Virus record (IMG/VR): IMGVR_UViG_3300032116_000004
Location: 62,001-126,000 of that record
DNA length: 64,000 nt
Direction: 5' to 3' (one strand)
The translations under genes were made by a program, and so were the position numbers. This document shows positions 57,119-64,000 of the stretch, in pieces. The notes below the pieces were generated by a model. It was not told where the DNA came from. It saw only the letters and a list, made by a program, of their open reading frames with translations, and did not search any database. Position 1 is the stretch's first letter. The number at the start of each line of letters is the position of its first letter.

Positions 57119-57186
57119 CTAGGTAAGTGCGCACTAACATAGCGATTTTAGGGTGGTTGACCAGAAATGGCATTTTCGGTTATAAT
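57119..57186 (+). promoter_or_regulatory. Palindrome plus early promoter cassette, copy 6
   Basis: CTAGGTAAGTGCGCACTAACATAG; TTGACC-18-TATAAT. Confidence 0.88.
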
Positions 57187-57215
57187 ATAGGTATAGTAAA
57201 TGATTGGAGCCACTT

Positions 57216-57926
57216 ATGTATAGAACTTATTTCCGCCCAATGACAGCCCGTAGCCGCAAACCTCGCCAACAGCCCGCTGATGCAGTGGTATCAGCTGAAA
57301 CAGTATGGGGTGCCGCGGCTCATGCGGACAGGGTCAACGGTGGTGAGTATCGCAAGGAGCCCGAATATCGTGTGCGCGAAGATGGCACCATCACTGACGA
57401 AGTGGTGCGCCAGCCCAACAAGGTCCACATGTGGGCGGCCATCCGCGACAACTCCCTGATCACTGACGCAGATCGTGATACCGGTCGTGCCGCTTTGGAT
57501 TATGTCCGCAAGAATCTGATTATCAAAGGTCTCAAAGGATCTATGTCAGATTTCGATCGTTCTTTGACCTCAGTGGTTGACATCACTGAATTCCAGACCG
57601 GTGCAGATCGCTATGAAATCGCTCTTGTGACCAGCCAGATCCGTGCATTCCGTGAAGGCACACGCATCGAAGCCGTGATGGACGATGTGAACCGGGCTCC
57701 GTTGGCTGACGTGGGTGCCAAGGTATCGGGACATGCCCGAGTGATCCGCGTGGTCTACAGCACCAATTACAATGTCTACTTCGTCACTGCCAAGACTGAT
57801 ACCAATCACATGGTGTTCTTCAGTTACAGAGAGCGCCTGGCAGTGGACAGTGAGATCGATTTCCGTGGCACCGTGAAAGCACACAGACCGGATGCCACCC
57901 AACTCAATCGTGTGCGTTTGGCATAA
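57216..57926 (+). CDS. Early protein with C-terminal OB-fold-like domain
   Basis: GTVKAH...TQLNRV C-terminus. Confidence 0.7.
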   Translation: MYRTYFRPMTARSRKPRQQPADAVVSAETVWGAAAHADRVNGGEYRKEPEYRVREDGTITDEVVRQPNKVHMWAAIRDNSLITDADRDTGRAALDYVRKNLIIKGLKGSMSDFDRSLTSVVDITEFQTGADRYEIALVTSQIRAFREGTRIEAVMDDVNRAPLADVGAKVSGHARVIRVVYSTNYNVYFVTAKTDTNHMVFFSYRERLAVDSEIDFRGTVKAHRPDATQLNRVRLA

Positions 57927-57935
57927 GGAGACCGT

Positions 57936-58061
57936 ATGCAATTCTTGATAGGTATCGTGGTAGGCATCGTGATCGCCACTGCTGGTTTCAGCGGTGTGGC
58001 TCGCATGCTGGACCGTGGAGTAGAAGCAGTGAAAACCCAAACCGAGGAACTTACCAAATGA
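57936..58061 (+). CDS. Small membrane protein
   Basis: AAGGAG RBS; MQFLIGIVVGIVIATAGFSG; read manually. Confidence 0.65.
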   Translation: MQFLIGIVVGIVIATAGFSGVARMLDRGVEAVKTQTEELTK

Positions 58062-58396
58062 GTCTTGACCCTTTGACTGACGCCAACTTTGATCTAGAAC
58101 AACAGATCCTGCGATGCTGGAACATCGTGGATGACATCAGAGAGATCGTGGAAGATCTCCAAAGCGGACACATGGACCAGGCCGAAATGGTAGAGGCACT
58201 GACAGCCTACCGACAGGTCTATGCCAACCGTTTTGAGCGCACCTTCCGCACCTATGAAACCGTGTGTCGTGGCCTGCATGGGCTCAGGGCACAGGTCCGA
58301 GACTTTGAACTTGCCCAAACTGCTGGCCCAAAATCCGGCAAAATGGGCAAATCAAAGAAGCAGAAACCGGTTGACACAAAATCGGAATCTTGCTAA
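58058..58396 (+). CDS. Hypothetical protein
   Basis: FDLEQQIL.CWNIVDD. Confidence 0.7.
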   Translation: MSLDPLTDANFDLEQQILRCWNIVDDIREIVEDLQSGHMDQAEMVEALTAYRQVYANRFERTFRTYETVCRGLHGLRAQVRDFELAQTAGPKSGKMGKSKKQKPVDTKSESC

Positions 58397-58399
58397 AAT
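58371..58399 (+). promoter_or_regulatory. Early promoter
   Basis: TTGACA-17-TAAAAT with TG extension. Confidence 0.7.
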
Positions 58400-58475
58400 A
58401 TGGGTATGCTAAGAAATTGGCATATCAAGTTTAATTTAAATTCAACTTTAGGCAACTTAGAAAGGCAATTTTATT

Positions 58476-58811
58476 ATGGCAACTGAAAAACTCTTTACTG
58501 TAGCAGGCACAGCAACAAACCCAGATGGCACAACCAAGGCTCGTTTCGCCAACGACATGGTAGCCCGCGTCAAGATCTTGACCAAGGCCAAGTGCTCCAA
58601 CATCAACCTCGTGGAACTTCCACGTGCCATGACCAAACTCGAGGCATTGCAGTATCTGCAAGAGCAAGGTCAGACTGGTGATGCTGGCTATGCAGTAGCC
58701 AACAAGTTGGCTGAGAAGACCAAGATCGCCAAGCGTGGCGAGATCAAGGTCGCGGCCAAGCCCAAGGCTGTGAAAGCCAAGCAGACCACTGCTGTGGCCG
58801 ACGAAGCCTAA
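58476..58811 (+). CDS. Basic conserved phage protein
   Basis: FTVAG, K.RFAND..R.K.L, L.ELP..MTK. Confidence 0.75.
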   Translation: MATEKLFTVAGTATNPDGTTKARFANDMVARVKILTKAKCSNINLVELPRAMTKLEALQYLQEQGQTGDAGYAVANKLAEKTKIAKRGEIKVAAKPKAVKAKQTTAVADEA

Positions 58812-58829
58812 TCGCTGTCAGCGATCTAC

Positions 58830-58859
58830 AAAAGCGGCTCCAGCAGGGCCGCTTTTTTT
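58830..58859 (+). terminator. Intrinsic terminator
   Basis: AAAAGCGGC..GCCGCTTTTTTT. Confidence 0.85.
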
Positions 58860-58890
58860 ATGACTTCAAAAAGGATTAAATAACTACACC

Positions 58891-59160
58891 ATGGATCGTC
58901 AAGAAGATCTGGCATTTGAAATACTCAACGAAGAAGCCGTAAGAGAGTTGGTGGTAAACCTCTGTTGGGTCCTTACCGAACATGGCATAACCGAGATCCA
59001 CGTGGGTGGGCTCATGCGGTTGGTAGGAATAGATTGCGAAACTGCCTCCGACTACGATGGTGATGTAATGGTCATCACGGACATACAACAAAAAATAAAA
59101 GAAGAAGGCGAAACCAGCGAGTTGATTGAAACACGCCCAGCCGACAGCACTTTACACTGA
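58891..59160 (+). CDS. Hypothetical protein
   Basis: TAAATA at 58877-58882; HVGGLMRLVG. Confidence 0.7.
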   Translation: MDRQEDLAFEILNEEAVRELVVNLCWVLTEHGITEIHVGGLMRLVGIDCETASDYDGDVMVITDIQQKIKEEGETSELIETRPADSTLH

Positions 59161-59384
59161 TGAACGAACCACTTTATATCGTGATCTTCCGTGGATCCGA
59201 TGCCCAGAAGCACCTCTTGTCTTGGGCAAAACAACACGGATTGGATCAACGTCATGTTGACAAAAACCGATTGAATCTCTATAATCAAAACATGCTTGAT
59301 AAATTCCGTATGACCTGGACCCAGACCTGGAGTGCCGTGACCATATGGGATTGCTGGAACAAGCGCCACCTAGAGGTCCGCTGA
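59160..59384 (+). CDS. Hypothetical protein
   Basis: Coupled ORF. Confidence 0.65.
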   Translation: MNEPLYIVIFRGSDAQKHLLSWAKQHGLDQRHVDKNRLNLYNQNMLDKFRMTWTQTWSAVTIWDCWNKRHLEVR

Positions 59385-59666
59385 TTGCAACGATTCCGAG
59401 AATTCTGGAGTGCCAGTTTGCACTCAGACCCCCGTGCTTTTGCCTTAGAGATAACCAGTTTCGTGTTCACCGTGATAGCCAGCGTTTGGTTGGCTGTTTC
59501 GGCAGTGGCACCTAACATGGCCTTGATTTATCCAATCTTTTTTATTGGTAGCGCCGCTGGCTGTTGGGGCTACTACCGGCGCCAGTTGATCTGGCCCATG
59601 TTGCTCACGGCTTACTTCATGATCATCAATGTGTATGGTTTTGGTGTGGCTGTGCTCTGGTGGTGA
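59385..59666 (+). CDS. Three-TM small membrane protein
   Basis: Hydrophobic; YP.F..GS. Confidence 0.65.
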   Translation: MQRFREFWSASLHSDPRAFALEITSFVFTVIASVWLAVSAVAPNMALIYPIFFIGSAAGCWGYYRRQLIWPMLLTAYFMIINVYGFGVAVLWW

Positions 59667-59676
59667 TAAAAACCAC

Positions 59677-59705
59677 TTGACAACCCTGCAACATTCATAC
59701 ATAAT
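59677..59705 (+). promoter_or_regulatory. sigma70-type promoter
   Basis: TTGACA-17-CATAAT. Confidence 0.6.
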
Positions 59706-59725
59706 ATCGCAAGCAAGGAGTTGAA

Positions 59726-59896
59726 ATGGACAACGCACAATTTACCGAACAGATCAAGATATTGCTGGACGAATATCGGTCACTCAGTAGATCACTGGCC
59801 ACGGCCCAAGACCCCGATGCAGTCAAGCAACAGATGCACGACAACGTGCGCAGGCAGAATGCCTTGCGCCAACAAGCAAAAACACAAGGAGAATAG
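59726..59896 (+). CDS. Small helical protein (56 aa)
   Basis: AAGGAG RBS; read manually. Confidence 0.55.
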   Translation: MDNAQFTEQIKILLDEYRSLSRSLATAQDPDAVKQQMHDNVRRQNALRQQAKTQGE

Positions 59897-59897
59897 T

Positions 59898-60086
59898 ATG
59901 AGCAATCACGACGCAATCAAAACCGCTTTTGAAACCTACATCGCCGAGAACGACAAGTTCGCAGGCAAAGGTGTCAAAGCCGCCGCGGCCCGGGCCCGCA
60001 AAGCCCTGCAAGAAATGTCAAAGGCCATCAAGGAACGCCGCAAAGAAATCACGGCTGAAAAAGAGGCCATGGCAGCTACCAAATAA
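59898..60086 (+). CDS. Histone H1-like (Hc1-type) small basic protein
   Basis: KF..KGVKAAAARARKALQE..K..KERRKEI. Confidence 0.75.
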   Translation: MSNHDAIKTAFETYIAENDKFAGKGVKAAAARARKALQEMSKAIKERRKEITAEKEAMAATK

Positions 60087-60097
60087 GGAGCATCACT

Positions 60098-60766
60098 ATG
60101 TCTACATTATCAGCCGCACAGAGTCTCAACACCGCAGTGGCCGGAGTCTTGGGTCGCATGGCCGGGGGAGTGTTTGCTACCTTGGTATTCGCAGCCTTGG
60201 TTGCTGGCATGGGCCTGGTTCCTGTGCTGTTCTCAGGTATCCTAGGCTACGTGATCATATTCGCACCTTTGCTGATGAGTTTATTTCTCATGTGGAAAGG
60301 TGACAGTCTCACTGAGCAAGGTATCAAACTGTGGTTCTTTGCCTTCGCGGCAGCCATGGGTCTGAGCCTCAGCCTGTTGTTCGCTGTGTATACCACCGGA
60401 TCCATAGTGCAGGCCTTGGTTGGCACCACTGTGAGTTTCACTGCGTTAGCGGGTTGGGGATATTTCACCAAACGAGACATCTCGGGTTGGGGTCCGTTCC
60501 TGTTCGCAGGTGTGATCGGTTTGATCATCGCCAGCGTGATCGGTATGTTCGTGGCATCCACTGCCCTGCAGATGACCATAAATGTATTGACCATCCTGAT
60601 ATTCCTGGGACTCACTGCCTATGACATGAATCGCATCCGTGACATGTTCTGGTCGGCCAGTGAGCAGGAAATAGGTCGCATGCAATGGTTTGGTGCATTG
60701 AGCCTATATATCAACTTCATCAACATCTTCGTGAGCCTGTTGCAACTGTTTGGTAATCGAGAATAG
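60098..60766 (+). CDS. Bax inhibitor-1/YccA family membrane protein
   Basis: About 7 TM helices; GY.TKRD.S..G, F.GLTAYD, ALSLYI.FINIF..LL. Confidence 0.9.
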   Translation: MSTLSAAQSLNTAVAGVLGRMAGGVFATLVFAALVAGMGLVPVLFSGILGYVIIFAPLLMSLFLMWKGDSLTEQGIKLWFFAFAAAMGLSLSLLFAVYTTGSIVQALVGTTVSFTALAGWGYFTKRDISGWGPFLFAGVIGLIIASVIGMFVASTALQMTINVLTILIFLGLTAYDMNRIRDMFWSASEQEIGRMQWFGALSLYINFINIFVSLLQLFGNRE

Positions 60767-60768
60767 CC

Positions 60769-60975
60769 ATGATTTTTCTCACTCCCGAAGAGTGGAAATC
60801 ACTCCGAGATAAAATGATCAAAGCCGCACCCAAGACCCTGCTGGTCTTGGCTGTGCTGGTCATTGGTTATTGGGCAGGATGGTATATGAAGGGCAGTGAC
60901 ATCGCTTTGGATTGCAAGTATGCCAATTCATTTAGAGTGGAAACCAGCGCCTTTACCTGCACCAGGAAAATATGA
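60769..60975 (+). CDS. Small membrane-anchored protein
   Basis: One TM helix plus two Cys. Confidence 0.55.
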   Translation: MIFLTPEEWKSLRDKMIKAAPKTLLVLAVLVIGYWAGWYMKGSDIALDCKYANSFRVETSAFTCTRKI

Positions 60976-61154
60976 CGCAGACAACTTGGTCTGCTGAAGT
61001 GGTAGAAGATCCTGACACCGGAGAACTGATGCTGGACCTTGGTCTGGCGCTGTGCGACCAATTGGGTTGGCAGCCAGGTGATGAGGTGGAATGGGTCGAC
61101 AACAAGGACGGAACATGGACTATACAAAAGAAGACACCTTCTCAATCGATCTAG
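60972..61154 (+). CDS. AbrB/MazE-like small protein
   Basis: ED..TGEL.L......LGW..GD...W. Confidence 0.6.
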   Translation: MTQTTWSAEVVEDPDTGELMLDLGLALCDQLGWQPGDEVEWVDNKDGTWTIQKKTPSQSI

Positions 61155-61552
61155 GCAATATTTCTTGCGACACCTCTATGAGTTCCACTGGTATTGCGTG
61201 GGATCCTCATTACGGCGCCATACCTTCCATCACAGTTTCACCCAACACGTGGTCCACAACGTCTGCGGGACAGTGGACCCTGGACGAGTCCAGGTTGGTA
61301 GCACCCAACTCAGCCAAGATACAACTCACAGGCGAAAACGCTGACATAGAGATCAACGGACGCAGTGTCATGCAGATCTTAGACGGCATCGAAAGTCGCC
61401 TGGGCCTGCTACATGCCCGTGAAGATCTAGAAAACGAGTGGTCGGAACTCCGGGTCCTGGGCGATCGCTATCGCGACATGGTGCGCAACATAGAAGAAAA
61501 ATCAAAGATGTGGGACACACTGAAAAAGATGCCACCACCTGAAATCAAATGA
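61115..61552 (+). CDS. Hypothetical protein
   Basis: ADIEING.S, LE.EW.EL..LG..Y. Confidence 0.7.
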   Translation: MDYTKEDTFSIDLGNISCDTSMSSTGIAWDPHYGAIPSITVSPNTWSTTSAGQWTLDESRLVAPNSAKIQLTGENADIEINGRSVMQILDGIESRLGLLHAREDLENEWSELRVLGDRYRDMVRNIEEKSKMWDTLKKMPPPEIK

Positions 61553-62316
61553 CACCAAAACAACGTATCAACTACATTACAAAGTGGATTAAAAGTTATG
61601 CCACCAGACACAAAATCAATACCTTGGTGGTGGGTGTATCGGGCGGCATAGATTCGGCCGTGGTATCCACGCTGTGTGCTCGTGCAGGACTGTATGTCAT
61701 TGCTGTGAGCATGCCCATCCGGCAAAGCGAACACACACATGATCTCAGCATGCGGCATGGACAGTGGCTGAAAGACACGTTTGAACTGGTGGATCACTTT
61801 GTTATCGATCTCACATCCGCCTTTGAACAATTTGAACATGCTACCCGTGTGTTCAGCGATGAACTGGCCTATGCCAACAGTCGTGCTAGATTACGCATGA
61901 TGACCTTGTATCAATTAGCGCAAGCCAACTCCGGCATCGTTGTGGGCACAGGCAACAAGGTTGAAGACTTTGGAGTGGGGTTCTTTACCAAGTATGGCGA
62001 CGGTGGTGTGGATATCAGTCCCATTGGAGACTGCATGAAAACTGAAGTGTGGGCCATGGGTCGTGAACTGGGCGTGTTGCAAGATATCATTGATGCCGCT
62101 CCCACTGATGGTTTATGGGCAGATGGTCGCACTGACGAACAACAGTTAGGCATGACCTACGCCGACCTTGAAGTGGCCATGCGCATGGACCAGGGCGAAA
62201 TACAGTGCGATAACAAAGAGCTCAAGAAAAATCTAAAACGATATCGAGAGATCCGTGCTCGCAATCTACACAAGATGCAGGCTATTCCGGTGTGTAAATT
62301 CAAAGATCAAGAATGA
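61549..62316 (+). CDS. nadE: NH3-dependent NAD+ synthetase
   Basis: GVSGGIDSA, N.RARLRM, GTGN..E, FFTKYGDG, PTDGLW, TDE. Confidence 0.93.
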   Translation: MTPKQRINYITKWIKSYATRHKINTLVVGVSGGIDSAVVSTLCARAGLYVIAVSMPIRQSEHTHDLSMRHGQWLKDTFELVDHFVIDLTSAFEQFEHATRVFSDELAYANSRARLRMMTLYQLAQANSGIVVGTGNKVEDFGVGFFTKYGDGGVDISPIGDCMKTEVWAMGRELGVLQDIIDAAPTDGLWADGRTDEQQLGMTYADLEVAMRMDQGEIQCDNKELKKNLKRYREIRARNLHKMQAIPVCKFKDQE

Positions 62317-63719
62317 CGCCTTGGCAGGAATTTTATCTAAGCATAAAAGATTCATCATGGCCGGACTGCGACCATGAACAAGATTTTTTATCTCTACCAC
62401 AGTGGATACAGGATGAGTGTCAACAAGTTCATGGTTATGTGATAGGTAGTTACAGAAATCAGCCTCGATATCAACACAAAACATTTCCCATAAAAACTGC
62501 CACAGCTTGTCAACTCAAATGGAACTGGAGCACAGTTTATCTTACGACAGAAAATACTGCCAGTTGTCATCGCACCAATCATCACAAGTTTGATATCGAT
62601 GTATTTGATTTTCACAACACTCCTAGCAAGTTGGACGATAGATCTCGCATGCTCCAGGGATTTTGGCCCGAAAAAGGTTGTGGTTATTGTCGAGATATAG
62701 AAACGGCCGGAGGACAAAGTGACAGGATAACCAATCTTGATATGCCTGGAATGTTTGCTCCGCCAGAACTGGATGATGATCTTGTTGCTATCCAAGTCAC
62801 TCCTCGTATATTAGAAGTTTACTTTGACAATGTCTGTAATTTGAAATGTGTGTATTGCGGTCCGCATTTCAGCAGTTTATGGGATGCTGAAAACAAAAAA
62901 CATGGTAAGTTTGAAAAAAATGGTTTGATCATCTCGAATACATTTAAGAAAAGTCCTGATATCGCAAAAAATAAAACCAAGATGTTTGAGTGGATATCGC
63001 AACACGGACATAGCCTTACCAACTTTAATTTCCTTGGCGGCGAGCCTTTGTTCCAAAAAGATCTCGATGATTGTCTGGATTTTTTTGATCACAACCCAAT
63101 GCCGGAACTAGAGTTCCAGATTTTTACCAATCTCAATGCTACTCCGGCTCGAGTGTCTGCGGTGGTAAGCAAAATTAAAAATCTCATTGACAAACAACAT
63201 CTCAAAACTTTTGTGGTAACTGCCAGTCTCGATTGCTGGGGACCTGAACAAGAATATGCACGTTTTCCTCTCAAACTAGACATTTGGGAAAAAAATTTCC
63301 GATACCTGCTTGATCAATCTTGGATTAGATTAATAGTAGGTAGCACACTGACTCCTCTCACTATCAAGACTCTGCCTGATCTTATTGAGCGCATCAATCA
63401 ATGGAGAAAGATACGCCATGTATCTCATTACATGAACAGTGCAGAATCACCGTTGCACATGCATGTTGATATTTTAGGCGATGTTTTCGTGGATGATTTT
63501 AATAGAGCTATCCAGATCATGCCCGAGAATGATGCGGAGCAGATCAATATCAAAAAATATCTGCAAGGCATTGCTCAAGAAAGCGCCAGCAAAGGATTTG
63601 ACACAGAGGAAATCATAAAGCTCCGAGAATTTTTAACCGAACTCGATCGGCGTAGAGCAACCAATTGGCAACGAGTTTTTCCTTGGTTAGAGCCTATTTT
63701 TCAGCAGGTTGACCAATAA
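62313..63719 (+). CDS. Radical SAM protein with N-terminal Cys cluster
   Basis: CNLKCVYC, GGEP; N-terminal CQLKW..SCH..C.YC. Confidence 0.88.
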   Translation: MTPWQEFYLSIKDSSWPDCDHEQDFLSLPQWIQDECQQVHGYVIGSYRNQPRYQHKTFPIKTATACQLKWNWSTVYLTTENTASCHRTNHHKFDIDVFDFHNTPSKLDDRSRMLQGFWPEKGCGYCRDIETAGGQSDRITNLDMPGMFAPPELDDDLVAIQVTPRILEVYFDNVCNLKCVYCGPHFSSLWDAENKKHGKFEKNGLIISNTFKKSPDIAKNKTKMFEWISQHGHSLTNFNFLGGEPLFQKDLDDCLDFFDHNPMPELEFQIFTNLNATPARVSAVVSKIKNLIDKQHLKTFVVTASLDCWGPEQEYARFPLKLDIWEKNFRYLLDQSWIRLIVGSTLTPLTIKTLPDLIERINQWRKIRHVSHYMNSAESPLHMHVDILGDVFVDDFNRAIQIMPENDAEQINIKKYLQGIAQESASKGFDTEEIIKLREFLTELDRRRATNWQRVFPWLEPIFQQVDQ

Positions 63720-63737
63720 TCCAAAAGGTATTATAAT
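63709..63737 (+). promoter_or_regulatory. Early promoter
   Basis: TTGACC-17-TATAAT. Confidence 0.7.
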
Positions 63738-63766
63738 AATACAATGATAACATTTTGGAGTCATCA

Positions 63767-64000
63767 ATGACCATGCACTTGGAAGGCCCTTGGTTGACCA
63801 CCACTGGCAAAGTAAAAAGCAAACGCCGCCGGTGGGCATCTGCTGATGCGGCCCGCCGAGCCCGTGATCTCAAAGCCGAGTGGGAGCAACGACAACTGGA
63901 ATGGGCCAAACTGGCTCCTAATTTTTCCGGTAAAAAAGTTTCTGTGACTGTGAGCAAAAAATTTCCATCCTACGGTCCGCCACCCGGACGCGAGACTCCT
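63767..64000 (+). CDS. Hypothetical phage protein, truncated by window
   Basis: GGAG RBS; MTMHLEGPWLTTTGK... Confidence 0.65.
   Translation, partial: MTMHLEGPWLTTTGKVKSKRRRWASADAARRARDLKAEWEQRQLEWAKLAPNFSGKKVSVTVSKKFPSYGPPPGRETP

Noticed and set aside
4710-57186. Dispersed repeats as a CRISPR array
   Set aside because: Copies are hundreds to thousands of bases apart, with genes between them and no regular spacers.
2504-63957. Numerous antisense or out-of-frame ORFs of 60-190 aa in the track
   Set aside because: They shadow well-supported genes and lack an RBS or recognisable motifs.
1-64000. Stop-codon recoding as in some jumbo phages
   Set aside because: Conserved genes are full length in the standard code, and TAA, TAG and TGA all terminate recognisable proteins.

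Overview
This 64 kb window looks like part of a large (probably jumbo) T4-like tailed dsDNA phage genome. The host is likely a proteobacterium, probably a Betaproteobacterium, inferred from the phasin, aceA, ClpXP and sigma70-type promoters. Standard genetic code. Positions 1-39.7 kb hold core and auxiliary genes: nrdA/nrdB/glutaredoxin, PAAR, DNA ligase, clpX-rpsU-hsp20-clpS, a run of exported/membrane proteins, SleB hydrolase, a ugd/oxygenase/amidinotransferase cluster, uvsE, AdoMetDC, isocitrate lyase, desaturase, phasin, two clpP genes and a radical SAM gene. Many of these sit behind TAA(A/G)TA late-type motifs. Positions 39.7-64 kb form an early region of co-oriented small ORFs driven by a repeated TTGAC-17/18-TATAAT promoter cassette. 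It also holds two DNA methyltransferases, a PvuII-like nuclease, two ParB/DGQHR-like proteins and nadE. Main observations: (1) a 22-bp palindrome (consensus TAGGTTAGTGCGCACTAACCTA) helically phased upstream of six early promoters; (2) PhaR-box-like TGCAnTGCA sites at the aceA and phasin promoters, suggesting a module that taps host PHA reserves; (3) a covarying ROSE-like RNA thermometer shared by hsp20 and phasin; (4) a near-complete phage Clp proteostasis kit; (5) candidate structured RNAs, namely an H-type pseudoknot and a triple-hairpin leader. No tRNA, rRNA or CRISPR array was seen. All protein calls come from recognising motifs by eye, with no database search.
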